From NCBI RefSeq assembly GCF_006345805.1, contig NC_043005.1, positions 25,730,001 through 25,794,000 on the forward strand: a stretch of DNA of 64,000 nt. The letters are read 5' to 3'. This stretch comes from Octopus sinensis. Its lineage: Eukaryota. How positions within the stretch are numbered: the stretch's first letter is position 1; every line of letters starts with the position of its first letter. Of this stretch, positions 1 to 13,268 are shown one piece after another. Both the position numbers and the translations under genes were made by a program. The notes beneath the pieces were generated by a model, which was not told the origin of the DNA, did no database searches, and was given only the letters and a program-made list of their open reading frames with translations.

Positions 1-1180
1 CGGATTGCCTGAGAGTGTGTTAGACAGTTAATCAATATGTTGTGAGAGGGAAGTGTGGACAAACATATAACGCTTGTTCTTAGTGAACCTGAAAAGAAAG
101 TGGTGCGGAAGATCTACTATGAAAGACTGTAAGCGTTGAGAATGAATGGGAGAAATGGAGCCGTACTTGTTTGAACCCAAACGAGTGACCAATTCTAGTT
201 GACAGTAGAAGAGTAGATTAAGGTAATTAAAGATATGAAGTCAGGGAAATCCCTGGCTCATAAGGAGTCACTGCAGAGACGTTTAAGTATTTGGTAGAGT
301 TGGATACAGTCTAGTAAACCGTATAGTTAAAAACTTACTCAGGAAGGTGTAGACCCCAGTGACTGATGCAGCAGTATCGTAGCCGTCTGCTACAATTACT
401 CAGAAGTAATTATAGAAGAATCAAATTTCTGAACCAGGTGTTGAAAGTTTCAAATTAAGTTTTAGAACCAATTAAATAGGAACAAAATTAGAATCGATGA
501 AATACAGTTCGGCTTTGCCCTGAAGAGGAGCACCACAGATGCTAACAAGACGTTGTACTTGGCATTTACTGATCTAAAGAACGCTATTGACAGAGTACTT
601 CGCTCTGTGTTATGTTCAGCCCAGCGTGGCCTAATATAGAAATCTATGGTGGTCTCTGAGAAAGCTGGAGGTAGAGAAATGAATTGTGAAAGCAGTACAG
701 GCCATGTACAGGAGAGCTGTTAATAAGGTAAGGATTTGCTATGGGTACACAGATGAATTTAATATACAGGCAGGAGTCTACCAAGGGTTGTTCTTCAGCT
801 TCCTCCAATTCATCATCATCCTCCAGGTGAAAACAGAAAAAATTAAGACTAGAAGTGTATGAGAACTCCTTCCTATATGCCGATGATCTTGCGCTCATAG
901 CAGAATCTGTAAAAGAATTAGAAAAGTTTCAGATGTGGAAACAGAACCTGCAATCAAAAAGTTTTAAAGTAAACTTAGCAAAGATCGAGTTAGTAACGAA
1001 ATTGAACTGGACACTTCACCGGTGTGGTAAATGGCCCTGATCGCAATGTAGGAAAGGTGTAGGCTGAAATTGTGTCCAGTGTATCCAGTGTACGCAATGC
1101 ACACTCGAGCGATGCAGTGGAATAGTGGGACGGTTAACAAAGAAAGTAATGTTCGTATGTGGAAGATGTCCGGTAGCCAG
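1..1180 (+). mobile_element. Decayed RTE-like LINE fragment (RT region plus C-terminal Cys-rich/PHD-like finger)
   Basis: Broken frames give KVIKDMKSGKS, IDEIQFGF...RSTTDA and LYADDLALIAES (ORF 855-1040), then a Cys-rich GKWP-C..C.KGVG...C..C...RCSGI.GRL....FVCGRC segment. Many stops and frameshifts. Confidence 0.8.
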
Positions 1181-1199
1181 GAAAAAAAAACCCACAAAT

Positions 1200-1789
1200 A
1201 CGCGGGAAACTGATTTCACAAATAAGATAGAATACACAGTTAATTCGAATGACATCAACAAACGATTGAACAAAGCCTCGGATACTAGAAATCAAACAGA
1301 ACATCATAAAAACAGAATCAAAAAGCCTCCAGATATACATAAGAATAATAATACGATTAACTGCACATGCCGTAGAAAATCCACATGTCCGCTCCTGAAC
1401 CAATGTGCTCAAAGACATATAGTATATAAATTCATAATATACACATTTCAATATAATTACGTGTACATAGGTACCACTGAAAATCAATTCAAAGTCCGTT
1501 ATCGAAACCACATCTCGTCATTCTGAAAAATAAATAGACGGCACGCGACCTCGCTGGCAGAACTCATATGGGGACTGAAAGAATCAAAAATTAAATACCA
1601 AATAGAAAGGTCAAAAATAAAAAAAGCGCACATCCATGTACTTCACAACCCACCAAATGTGACCTTTACTTTGAGGAAGCACTGAGTATTCTACTGAGTA
1701 ATGAAAGTCTAGTGAATAAATATGATGGAATAATTCCAAGATGTAACCACCGTACCAAATATGCATTTTCCAGATGGAACAGAGTATAA
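1200..1789 (+). mobile_element. Penelope-like element, GIY-YIG endonuclease 3' fragment (decayed)
   Basis: ORF 1125-1526 contains CTCRRKSTCPLLNQC..HIVYK...YIGTTENQFKVRYRNH; homology continues past the stop as ATSLAELIWGLK...CDL..EE...RCNH, the typical Penelope EN C-terminus. Confidence 0.85.
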
Positions 1790-2380
1790 ATTATAATTAT
1801 TATTATTCTATCTCGTTAAATCCATTTTTTACCGCCGTCACGTATGTATAGGAGTGTGTATTTATGATGGAGCGTTCAGTGATATAACTATGTAGATGTA
1901 ATTATGTACATGGAAATGAGTAGATAAATGTATAAGCGTCTATGTATAGATGTGAATGTGTTTATTGATATGTAGGTGAGTATATGTATGCGTGGTGTGT
2001 GCGTCTGAATATATGTACATATATTTTATATATATGCATGTATGTGTGTACGTGCCTGCGTTTGAGTGTATGTGTGTGTGTGTGTATGTGTTTATGTATG
2101 GAAACACTCAGTGGTGTACGGTGTATCGGTGTGTAAGTGATTGTATAAGTATGAGCTAATGGCTGAATGTATTTTGCATAATGGTACAGTTTGGCATGTG
2201 CAGGATAGCATGTTGAAACTGAATAAAGAAACAGACAACGTGCACATTGTAACTCATGTCGAACGTGATGACACATCCATACTGAGCGAATTGAAACCGC
2301 CAGCGTTTGTTAGTTTCAAAGAAGAAGCTATGGGTGTTTTAGCATGGAAATCTAGATTTACTTACGGAGACAGCAACTGA

Positions 2381-2500
2381 GTATCACCTGAAGAGATACA
2401 TATAGATCTTCTTATACAGGTAAATCGTTAAATAATTTAATTTAAATTTAACTTTAAATCCTCTACATACGAGGATCTGTATGTATCGAAACGTTTGTAG
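2381..2500 (+). ncRNA. Degenerate type I hammerhead-ribozyme-like motif (Penelope pLTR remnant)
   Basis: CTGAAGA at 2388-2394, a 14-bp stem II (2395-2408 with 2474-2487, one G-U), GAAA at 2488-2491, then palindromic AAACGTTT. Stem I is weak. It lies 600 bp downstream of the Penelope ORF. Confidence 0.5.
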
Positions 2501-2696
2501 CAATTAAAAAGCTGCCTAACCATACTTACTCTTCCGTTTGGCGCTTTTACTTTTTATTTTCACACACGAAGAATACCTAACACTAGAATTGGTAGAATAC
2601 TACCGTCTATTTGGGAATTCTAAGGGCGAACGAGCTCTATTTGTACACTTATACGTTCTTCACAGAACACCCCTCAACTGACTATATGCATGTATG

Positions 2697-2738
<42 letters not shown>

Positions 2739-5700
2739 CAAACTGGGACAAGAACGCATAACATTTAGAAGACGATACAAAAAACACTGACGGGACATTC
2801 GAAGCCTTCAATCTTCAGTCAAGAACCGGATCATCCTCGCAATTTCGGCTGATTAATCTTGAGATTGCTCCAATCTGGCCAGCCCCAAGGAAAAAACTAA
2901 GCTAAGCGCATTAGATTCCTTGGAAAAAAGCTTCGAATGTATACGAAACAAGGACGGAAACGGACGATGTATGTATAAATCTCATTTGAGAGTTAACCCT
3001 ACAGTGTACTCTATTAAGTTCATCCACAGGTTCAAGCCACCATGCAGACTGTGACCTGGAGATTGTTTATTTAATCAAACACACACCCGAAAACCTACAA
3101 GTATCCGCAGCGTTTTATAATCACAAGAATCAGATGAATAAATCGCTGGCCCCATATCATTTAGAATGAAAACAAAAGATTTTGAGTAAACTGGTTTGAA
3201 TTAACGGGTGAATTGACCGGTTAATTCAAACCAATTGTATATTTTGTTTAGATTCACTTGTAATATGCAAATGTAATCATGGAAACACGCCCAAACTCTG
3301 TAAGGATATAAATTATGGATAATTCTATTTTGCAAAATACATTACTGTTATCCATAAGTCTGACAAGTGGAGTTCGAGACCTAATGAATAACTTGGTGCA
3401 TATTTTATTGAATAATAAAGCAATGCTCATGAGATCGAATCTCCCATGAGATTCATGACTTTAAAGAAACAATCCTTCCCTCGAAAATCAAATTAAATAA
3501 AATTTGAGATTTTTTTGGAGGGGTAAAAATGGTAACAAAAACAGGACAGTAACGACAGTACAAAATATAAACAGTAAAAGACAGGACAAGGAGAATAACA
3601 ATAACACAAACAAGAAGGAGAGGATTTAACGAAGGACTTATGCAAACAAGCACCTGAGGAAGCGCATTTTACTCTTTGGATGGAAGATAATGATTTCACA
3701 GTATTTCACCAGTGTACTAGAAGTGAAAAGAATTTGTGAAACATTTGTAGTGATTCTAATTAATGTTAATTCCATTCTTTATCATTTGCTCTTCGCTCTT
3801 TCAAAATAAATTTGCCACAAATTGTACCAGAAGAATGCGTAGCCTTCATTTTAAATTATTTCGTAGACATATCACCATAAATACCAGCAGTTTACGACCA
3901 AATTAAATTTACGAATACTTTACTACGTGACAGTTTCCTTGTTCTTAGGGTTGTATCTGCTTGCAACCTTCCTTTTTATGCATAATTACAATACAGAATG
4001 AATTCTATAGAATCTTGATATAATGGCAAGTAAATCAGTTGATTATTATCACTTGCACTAATTAAATACGCCAACAGAGGAAAAGGAAGCATCTGTTGTT
4101 AGCTTGTAATACGTTAATGTAATAGAAGGAAAAACCAAGTAATAGATGCCGTTCACGGGAAAATATTACCAAACTATGCGATTGCACAGTGTTCGGTGAG
4201 GAGATATTATTAATGCTATAATGATCCCCTTTTATAATATATTTGTAATATTTATAATTACTTTTGATTTATTGAAATGATGATATTCCCAAAATGTTTG
4301 AGAAATTAACACTCTTTTCAGAAAGAAATTTAATGTTTCTGAAGTCACTAATGACAGCCCAGACAATGCACTTAATCTTCCGAAATTCTTCGGGTCTTTT
4401 CATTTTCTTGGTAGAAGCTGCAGAATTCTTCACTTTGGAATTTCCTGGTTTGTCGAAATGAGTATTCGTTTAAAATAGTTCTGTGATAAAGGCCTTCAAG
4501 GTACACAACATCTTCATTGGAGTTTCTTCTTTGCTCTGCAAGAAATAGGTTATAAATCACCTGCAAATAACAGTCTCTCGTTTCAAACATGGAAGCACAT
4601 TTTAGATGCTGTTGTTCTAGTTATTCTGCATCTGAAATTATTCAATCGGAACTTCGAAAACAACAGCTGCTCCAGTTAAATCAATAGAAGCAGGTGCGAT
4701 AAAAGAACAGCAGCAACAGCTGCAGAAAGAACAAGCTACCAAAACAGCAACCGAACTCCTTTCCAATATTTTCTAGGGACAATCAAGAGAATAACGTTAG
4801 GATAGGAGCACAATGGATAATATTTACTGTAGTTTTGATTTTCAGAAAAATTTGCATTTTTTAGAAATGTTCATTATCTTAACAAAATCAAGTTCAGCAA
4901 AGCAAATGGCTCTCACTAAACGCATTAAAAACACTTTAGTGCGGCGAAATAAGCAAGGCAGAGCAAGGTGATTATGTCTCTTCAAATCTCCAGAAATTTA
5001 ATTGAAAAAAGGGTTTATACACATCTTTATATCCATCCTTAGACATCAGAAATACAATAAAAAGTAAATATAATCTAGGTCAAATGAAAAGATAGCATGG
5101 AAAAATGGCACCTGGCATGAAACCGAAGAAACTACACTAAATCTAAAAGCTATTGTTAAATATATTTGGGCACCAAACGACCCAGATATTTTATTAGCAA
5201 CTTCAGTTACGAACGGATCAAACCTGAGGAAAATTTGTTGCCAAACTACTTGTCACCTGATTATGTTTCCATCTCCCTCAACTCCAACAATTATGCTGAC
5301 CAATTCTTACTTCCAAAGGTGGTGCAACAGTAGAAAACGATGTCGCAATGTTTGCTTTGTAATCCTTTCAAACAGGAAGAGAATAAATAGAAATCAGGAA
5401 TTACTCAATTTGCCCATTTAACCCTTTTTGTCTCACCAGTCTCTATTAAAATTTACTGTTAGAAGCATCTACGATTACTCAAAACGTATCACATGTTCTT
5501 ATACGGGAATATGACAAGCGGTCCAGTTCACTTTCCAATATGACCAGCCTCAGAATAGTGTAAACGTTGATGGTCTTGGGTCTCTGGGAAAATTTGGGCA
5601 TCGATCAAAATCAACTGTCTGGTGTGTTACCAAGGACCTTTTTGCAAGATCCCTTGGATAATTCTTAGAAATTCAGGATCTTCGAGAGTCATTGCTGATT

Positions 5701-6134
5701 CAAGATAAACTCTACAAACACGGAAGTACCATCGGCCGAACGTAGCCGTTGCGTGCAGGACAGTGAAACCGTTCCTCTCGCAATCGTCCAGTGACTAAGC
5801 ACTGGTGTTTCGTGAAATTATGCCGAACAGATGCTTCCACGTGTAAGTCAGATTCGACTATCAACTGGGCCCATTGGGAATATTATTATTCAGCCTTCCT
5901 CTGGTCGGAAAAGACAGATATTGTTTTATCGTTTGGGAGGGCCTTAGTGAGGGAGGGCGTGTATTTATCGATATTGAAACGTCTGAATACTCATATTTTC
6001 CTCTTCGGCCAAACCCATATTAACTCAATCAAGTTTTATCTGAGAGAAATAAAATCGGTATCCAGAAGAAAGTATTGCCCTCCTACAAATATTTTGAAAC
6101 ATTGATGAGAGTGGCGACAAAGATTCAATCGCCT

Positions 6135-6365
6135 TAATCCCTTTGTCAGTCCTTGTTTGTCCACTCTATGTTTAGCCCCTTGTGGGTAGTAAAGAAATAG
6201 GTATTTCGTCGGTCTTTATGTTCTGAGTTCAAATCCGCCGGGGTCGATCTTGCTTTTCATCCTTTCGGGACCGATAAATTAAGTACCAGTTTCATCCTGG
6301 GGTCGATCTAACCGACTGGCTCCCCCTCCGAAAATGTCGGGTATTGTGCCTAGAGTAGAAAAAAT
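6135..6365 (+). mobile_element. tRNA-derived SINE (family A), tail joined to a head-less body
   Basis: Tail ...gtagtaaagaaatag is followed directly by gtatttcgtc..gttctgagttcaaat (B box) ..ggggtcgat; homologous to many other copies in the window. Confidence 0.8.
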
Positions 6366-6945
6366 ATTCTTAATAATATTTTGGACTGACAAAATCGTTT
6401 GAACTATGAGCAAAAAGGACCTCGTGATCTTACGTCCAGCTCTTTACGTTCTGAGCTCAAATGCCAGCAAGGACAACTTTGTCTTTTAGCCCCGATGGGT
6501 GAGAAATAAAGTATGAATGAAAGACCAGGGTCGATTTAAATGGCCTAAACTCCCTTCCATCAAAAGTGCTGACTTCCTAAGTGAATTAGAAGCAATTACT
6601 ATTATCATCTGATTGTTAAGCGGGATTGCATAGTTATTATTATACATTCAGATATTTCTAATTCTGTCGTTTCTATATTTCAATAATGTCATAAGTCTTT
6701 GCCACTGGTACATTAGCAGCCATCTTAGAATAATCTCTTTGACTTGATAACTGTGAGATAGCAATGGATCAAAATAAAAGAAGCTGAGTGATCTCTTGGT
6801 TTTTGTTCCTCACATATTTACTGTTGTGTTTTTATTCACTTCTTAGTAGTGAAATCATTAACCTCTTAGCAGTGGAGGTCACTGATTTGTACGTTTGTAT
6901 ACTGCTCTGTTAACGTCAATTGTTTTTAATATTAGTGACTCAGAT

Positions 6946-7168
6946 AAGGCTGCGAGCTAATAGAACCGTTAGCGCGCCTGCTAAAATGCTTAGCGGCATT
7001 TCGTACGTCTTTACGTTCTGGGAGTTCAAATGCCACCGGGCCCAACGTTACCTTTTATCCTTTCCGGGTCGATAAAATAAGCACTAGTTAAGTACTGGGG
7101 TCGCTGTAAACGACTTAACCGCTCCCTTGAAATTGCTGGCCTTGTGTTAAAATTTGAAACGACTATTA
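6946..7168 (+). mobile_element. tRNA-derived SINE (family A)
   Basis: Head aaggctgcgagct..aaccgttagc, B box gttcaaat, body catcctttc.gggtcgataaa...ctggggtcg. Confidence 0.8.
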
Positions 7169-7477
7169 ATGATCTGGGTGAACGAATTAACAGAAAGGTG
7201 TGAAATTCGACTGGTGACTGCTGCTGATGCCATCTGCGGTTGCTTTCAGGGTAAGAGGCGGAGAGAAAAGCGAGGGAGAAATTCACTCAAAGGGACAGAA
7301 CCACTAACAGATCTTTTTTTTTGCGAGTGAGAGAAGACATATGAAAAAATATTTCTATGTAATTTTTTCTCATTTGGATGTACTTATAGCTGCAAGTAGA
7401 TAAGTTAGAATTTCCTTGACAAATAGCAAAAGAGGATTTATAAGTATACTCCTTAGTGTAACTTTATATAATAATGT

Positions 7478-7920
7478 CATCTACTCTAGGCACAAAGCCC
7501 GAAATTTTTTGAGAAGGGGACAGTCGATTAGATCGAACCAAGTATGCAACTGCTACATAATTTATCGACCCCTAAAGGATGAAAGGCAAAGTCGACCTCG
7601 GCGGAATTTGAACTCACAACGTAACGGCAGACGAAATACCGCTAAGCATTTCGCCCGGCGTGCTAACATTTCAGCCACCTTGCCGCCTTCGTCGGGTAAT
7701 ATACATTCTTTTCTACTCTAGGCACAAGGCTAGGAATTTTGGGGGAGGGGGCCAGTCGATCAGATAAACCCCAGTACGCAACTGGTACTTAATTTATCGA
7801 CCCTGAAGGATGAAAGGCAAAGTCGACCTCGGCGGAATTTGAACACAGAACATAAGACAGATAAAATGCAGCTAAGCATTTCGGCCAGCGTGCTAACGCT
7901 GCTGTCAGCTCGCCACCTTA
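7478..7920 (-). mobile_element. Two adjacent family A SINEs (about 7478-7689 and 7705-7920)
   Basis: Both contain aaaggcaaagtcgacctcggcggaatttgaac and the head gctaac..cagctcgccgcct on the plus strand. Confidence 0.85.
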
Positions 7921-8215
7921 AACAAATAATGATACTCCAAGAATTATATCTTCGACAGCATCGATTCTTAGGCTGATCTGTTTGAAATTGATCTTTTGTA
8001 TTAAGAAAAAACTGTACAAACATCTATCTTTTATCTTTTACACTTTTCAGTTATTGATCTGCGGTCCTGCTGTAGCCCTTCCGCAAATCGACAGGTTACT
8101 TATTTTTAATGAAAGTCTAGTACTTATACTATCGCACACTTTGTCCATCCGCGAAGTAAACAAACCAACACTGGTGATCAAGTGGTGAGGGGTAAACAAA
8201 TATACTCATATACGG

Positions 8216-8252
<37 letters not shown>

Positions 8253-8299
8253 CGTGTATGTGTGTGCATGTGTGTGTGTAAGTACGTGTGTATGCGTAT

Positions 8300-8460
8300 A
8301 CGACGGGCTTCATAACGGGTTCGGTCTATCAAATTCACACTCACAATACATTGGTCGTCCTTGGGCTATAATAGAAATCACTTTCACTGAGTGCCGCACG
8401 TGGGAACTGAACCCGAAACGACTTGGTTGCAGATTGAGCTTCGTAATTACACATGCCTGT
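8300..8460 (-). mobile_element. SINE family B, 5' part (decayed)
   Basis: Reverse-complement match to the 5' half of the copy at 13269-13620. Confidence 0.6.
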
Positions 8461-8651
8461 GCCAATATAAATATAATATATTCGTAAAACCTTTCAGATT
8501 TTCCTTTGCCAGAACCATCGCAAAATTAATTCTTGAATCGTGTGAAATCAAGATCTGATCATATTATACCCCGACCACCTAACCTATCTCGGACATATAC
8601 TCATCATATATTAACCTACAAGATACAAATTATGTACAATAAGATTCTATA

Positions 8652-9073
8652 CTACCTATTTCTTTACTACCCACAAGGGACTAAACACAGAGAGGACAAA
8701 CAAGGACAGACAAACGGATTAAGTCGATTATATCGACCCCAGTGCGTAACTGGTACTTATTTAATCGACCCCGAAAAGATGAAAGGCAAAGTCGACCTCG
8801 GCGGAATTTGAACTCAGAACGTACCGGCAGACGAAATACCTATTTCTTTACTACCCACAAAGGGCTAAACACAGAAGGGACAAACAAGGATAGACAAACG
8901 GATTAAGTCGATTATATCGACCGGAGTGCGTAACTGGTACTTATTTAATCGACCCCGAAAGGATGAAAGGTAAAGTCGACCTCGGCGGAATTTGAACTCA
9001 GGACGTAACGTCAGACGAAATACCACTAGGCGTTTCGCTCGGCTTGCTAACGGTTCAGCCAGCTCGCCGCCTA
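8652..9073 (-). mobile_element. Family A SINE concatemer: one head plus two tandem body-tail units
   Basis: An approximately 186-bp unit is repeated (8652-8837, 8838-9023); the tRNA-like head is present only once (about 9024-9073). Confidence 0.9.
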
Positions 9074-9633
9074 GACGATTCTACACTAACTTTAACAGAG
9101 TGTTCGTGGAACTTCATTTCTGACATCGTGTAGCGAAATCGAATCCCATACTGATGTGTGCCAATGTTCAATTGTATATTTGTTACACACTGTCGAATCG
9201 TTTTTACTCATTCTTGCATTCTGTCTAAGTGAGAACCCTACCATCTTTAGTGTGCCAAAGATAATAGTTCTTCGCTAAAAGATTACAGAGAATCAATCAA
9301 TAATTCTTAATTTTGTTTTATAATAAGATTTCCTGGACATTTTAGATGTACTTTAGATTTGGCGTGGAATCCAACACAAAAACTAGCTGTTTTCTTTTTC
9401 CTTGGAGATAATGGGCATTATATGACTGTTACGGCAGATCAGAGTCGCCTATATGATAGATTGTCAATTCAAAAGATTTATTTCTTAATAATGAATAGAT
9501 TGCAGCTTGCTTTTATTTTCTAATCCTAAGGTTATTTTTGTTACGATAGTAGCCATATATAATGTATAACTGACAATATCCCTCGCAGTTAATAATAAAT
9601 TTCCACAATATTTAGATTTATACTAATGTGTGT

Positions 9634-9665
<32 letters not shown>

Positions 9666-10029
9666 TTATAAACAGTCTGTCAGTCCTGATATTATGGTGT
9701 TTTGCATCGATGTACATTCCTAGTGTAGCCTGAGATATAGCAATAAGATGCGCTGCTTCTTTTTTTTCTTTATCCGTGCGACCAGCATTGCAGTATAAGA
9801 TTGCTTCTTGAACTAGGGTCAGGATTGCTTTCAGTTCCGTTGATGAACATTCACGGCCCCGAATGCATAGTATTCTAATTCTAGAATTGTCCTTTGCCAA
9901 AATCTCCTATTAGTTTCTAACATTTCTCACCCTGCCACTGAACTCACCCATTGAAAACGAAATAGAATAAATAAAAAAAATGCAAAATACAAACATCTTG
10001 GAAGCCATAACTCTGAATCCTGGCCTAAT

Positions 10030-10257
10030 GTTTTTTTTATTCCATTACTTGTTTCAGTCATTTGATTGCGGCCATGCTGGAGCACCGCCTTTAGTCGAGC
10101 AAATCGAACACAGGAGATTTTCTTTGTGAGCCTAGTACTTATTCTATCGGTCGCTTTTCCTAAACCGACAAAGTACAGGTACAGGGACGTATACACAACA
10201 ACAACCGTTGTCAGGTGATGGTGGGGGACAAACACAGACACACAAACATATATACAC

Positions 10258-10260
<3 letters not shown>
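10030..10260 (-). mobile_element. SINE family B, 3' part
   Basis: gtttcagtcatttgattgcggccatgctggagcaccgcctttagtcgag, shared with the other family B copies. Confidence 0.8.
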
Positions 10261-10331
<71 letters not shown>

Positions 10332-10465
10332 GCAGCGTGGAAGGTGTTTGTAAGCCATTTAAGAAACACACAAAAGCCGTTCGATTCACTTCAACATTTA
10401 AGTTTAATTTGTCAAAATATTTTCGTCGCTAAAATCCGCGACCTGTTCACTGACAAAATCCGTGC

Positions 10466-10506
<41 letters not shown>

Positions 10507-10539
10507 GATAAATGAATTATCTTCTTACGGATATATATA

Positions 10540-10770
10540 TATATATGTATATGTTTGTGTGTCAGTGTTTGGCCCCCGCCAGCATCACTTGACGACCGAT
10601 GTTTGTGTGTATACGTCCCCGTAACATAGCAGTTCGACAAAAGACACCGGTAGTTTGAGTAGTAGGCTTACAAAGAATAAGTCCTGGGGTTGATTTGTTC
10701 GATGAAAGGCGGTGCTCCAGCATGGTCGCAGTCAAATCACTGAAACGAATAAAAGAGTAAAAGAACAAAA
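10540..10770 (+). mobile_element. SINE family B, 3' part
   Basis: aaagaataagtcctggggt..aaaggcggtgctccagcatggtcgcagtcaaat. Confidence 0.8.
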
Positions 10771-10864
10771 GAATATAACGAAAGCGGGTATATATGTAAA
10801 TAAATTTATTTAAAAGTAATTACAAACTTTTCAAATTTAGATGCATTTCAACAAGTCCGCCTAT

Positions 10865-10911
<47 letters not shown>

Positions 10912-11449
10912 TATATATATAGGAAGATAGATGAAATATATATATATGTATTGAGTGTATGTTTTGTTATATTTTGAGAGGACCATTTGCCAATAAATAC
11001 ACACGCGCTCGTACAATTTCACTTCTGTTTATTATTATGAGTCAAGTAGATTATTATTTAACGAAATTACTGCGTGATTGACTGATTTTCTGAAAATTTA
11101 GTTAAATAATCCATCTGTTGTTTAATTGACTCTTTGCTCGACGATAGGATAATAGACATGTGTATATTATTGGCGAAATGGCCCACCCTAATACAACAAA
11201 TTCCGTTACAATATATGACTTCGCATCAAGGATTTTGTAAACAAATACAAAACCTGCACACACATTATTGGTCAGCCTGAGTCTTTTGTAAAGGACAAAA
11301 TATTGAAGGTGCGGAACAGCGAGATTAAACAGAGAAATATGTGGTCACACATGTAGCTCTTTAGCACAAGGCCATGGCTCCGCTTAATTTGCGAATATAT
11401 GTGTTTCTGTGAATCTTATTTTAAACTGTGCCTTCAGGTTACGTGTGGT

Positions 11450-11630
11450 CTTGGTTATTCTTTTATTTGTTTCAGTCATTTGACTGCGGCCATGCTGAAG
11501 CACCGCCTTTAGTCGAGCAAATCGAACCCAGGACTTATTCTTTGTAAGCCTAGTACTTTGCCGAACGGGGACGTAAACACACCAACATCGGTTGTAAAGC
11601 GATGTTGCAGGGGACAAACAGATACACAAA
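11450..11630 (-). mobile_element. SINE family B, 3' part
   Basis: Same conserved tail as 10030-10260. Confidence 0.8.
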
Positions 11631-12228
11631 TATATATCTTTCTCCTTAACTCTCTCTCTCTATTTCTCTCGCTCTCTAGCTTCATCTCTCTTCTTCACTA
11701 AGCCATACGCCTTGCAAATGTTCTGGTATGTGAGGTTATGCTGTTGCTTTTGTGACGAAAGCGATGTTATGTAATCTTTATAGGGACCCAATGGTATTTG
11801 TAAGATACAAAATGATATTTGTTATATGATGTTTGGTATAACATATAATTAATCCATTGTTCGTTAACGGATACAGATTAAGTAGCATCTTCTGTATTAA
11901 TTACGATGCCGTTGGATAAACATTTGATTTTCGTATTTCTATAGAAAGCGAAAACAAATCTACATCTGCAGACTTATTTACTTGGTATTGAACAAAACGT
12001 CCACCTGCATACATCAAACAATCTCTGTTTTATCTTGTAAAAGAAATAATGAAATACACAAAGAGAGAACGACAAAAGCTATGTGCCACCGAACGACAAT
12101 CAATAGAAACAATTTATGTTGCCGGAAATTTCCATTTGCTCACACCTGTCCGGCAAAATAAAGACAAGATATAAAGAAGAAGAAGAAAAAAAGAATCTGA
12201 ATGCATAGTTTAATTACGACGAGTTCCA

Positions 12229-12560
12229 TTGGGTTTAGCTATCTCAAGAGTTTTAACGAGATACAAAGAGAAGGAAAGTTATGGACGTGGAAGGCAGAAG
12301 CGATTGCTATTATACGCCAAATCAAGATTTGATTGCATTTTGACAATAGCTGTTGCCATATCGAATGTTAAGTGGCAGCCAGCTAGCAGTGATCTATTGT
12401 TGGAAATTTATTCAAGACAAACCTAACCGGACGTTCACAATATGAAGAATGTTAATCCGGGGGTGGTTTAAATGTGTTGTTTTAAATAGAGACGTATCTT
12501 CAAATTTTGAAAACAACAAGAAGCGGCGAATTTCTTGAGAAAAACTACTTAGACGTCGTA
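12229..12560 (+). mobile_element. Possible decayed Tc1/mariner transposase N-terminal fragment
   Basis: AISRVLTRYKEKESYGRGRQKRL resembles the Tc1 HTH/GRPR region, followed in another frame by TI*RMLIRGWFK...KKRR. Recognised by eye only. Confidence 0.35.
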
Positions 12561-12609
12561 TATAGGATTTCCATCAGCTGTAATTGGTATATATATTTAC
12601 ATGTGTCTG

Positions 12610-12653
<44 letters not shown>

Positions 12654-12734
12654 CAATGAGGAGAGAAAGAGATAAACACACACATACACACATACATGCA
12701 TAGATACATACATCCATATATATATATATATATT

Positions 12735-12844
12735 GGCCTGCTCGTTTAGCCAGCGTGGTGGCGTCGTTCGAAGGCTATAACAATGCGAACGCATTGTGAC
12801 CAGCGATGTGTAACTACATCTGATGGACTGGTCGGTCACGTGAT

Positions 12845-12848
<4 letters not shown>
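12735..12848 (+). mobile_element. SINE family C, 3' tail (type 2)
   Basis: Reverse complement of the 54715-54830 tail (gaaggct..aacaatgcgaa.cgcattgtgaccagcgatgt). Confidence 0.7.
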
Positions 12849-12910
<62 letters not shown>

Positions 12911-13268
12911 TGGGCGATCTACTAGTACAAATCAGTCACCATGTTGGCTGAAATATATATAAAGCTATAAGCTTTATTTAGGCACATCTAATCGACAAGA
13001 GTCGATAAACACGAAACATCGATGTCTGAGATTCCCAAGAGATGGCGACACTGAACGAACTAAGTATTTTCTCACCTTTTTACCATAAGGGAGATTTTTT
13101 CTCCATGGTAACTGCAGTGTATTTGCCTTTAACAGTTGAAATATGCGACAAACATAATTCAACTATCCTAAACTTTGAATATATATAAATATACATACAT
13201 ACATATACGTATATATGTATGTATGTACGTATGTATGTATTTATTATGTATGTATGTATGTATGTATA

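Noticed and set aside
8652-9023. Tandem repeats as a CRISPR-like array
   Set aside because: Eukaryotic SINE units with no unique spacers.
9589-9900. Protein-like minus-strand ORF (ELKAILTLVQEAILYCNAG...)
   Set aside because: TTG start, runs into (CA)n, no family recognised.
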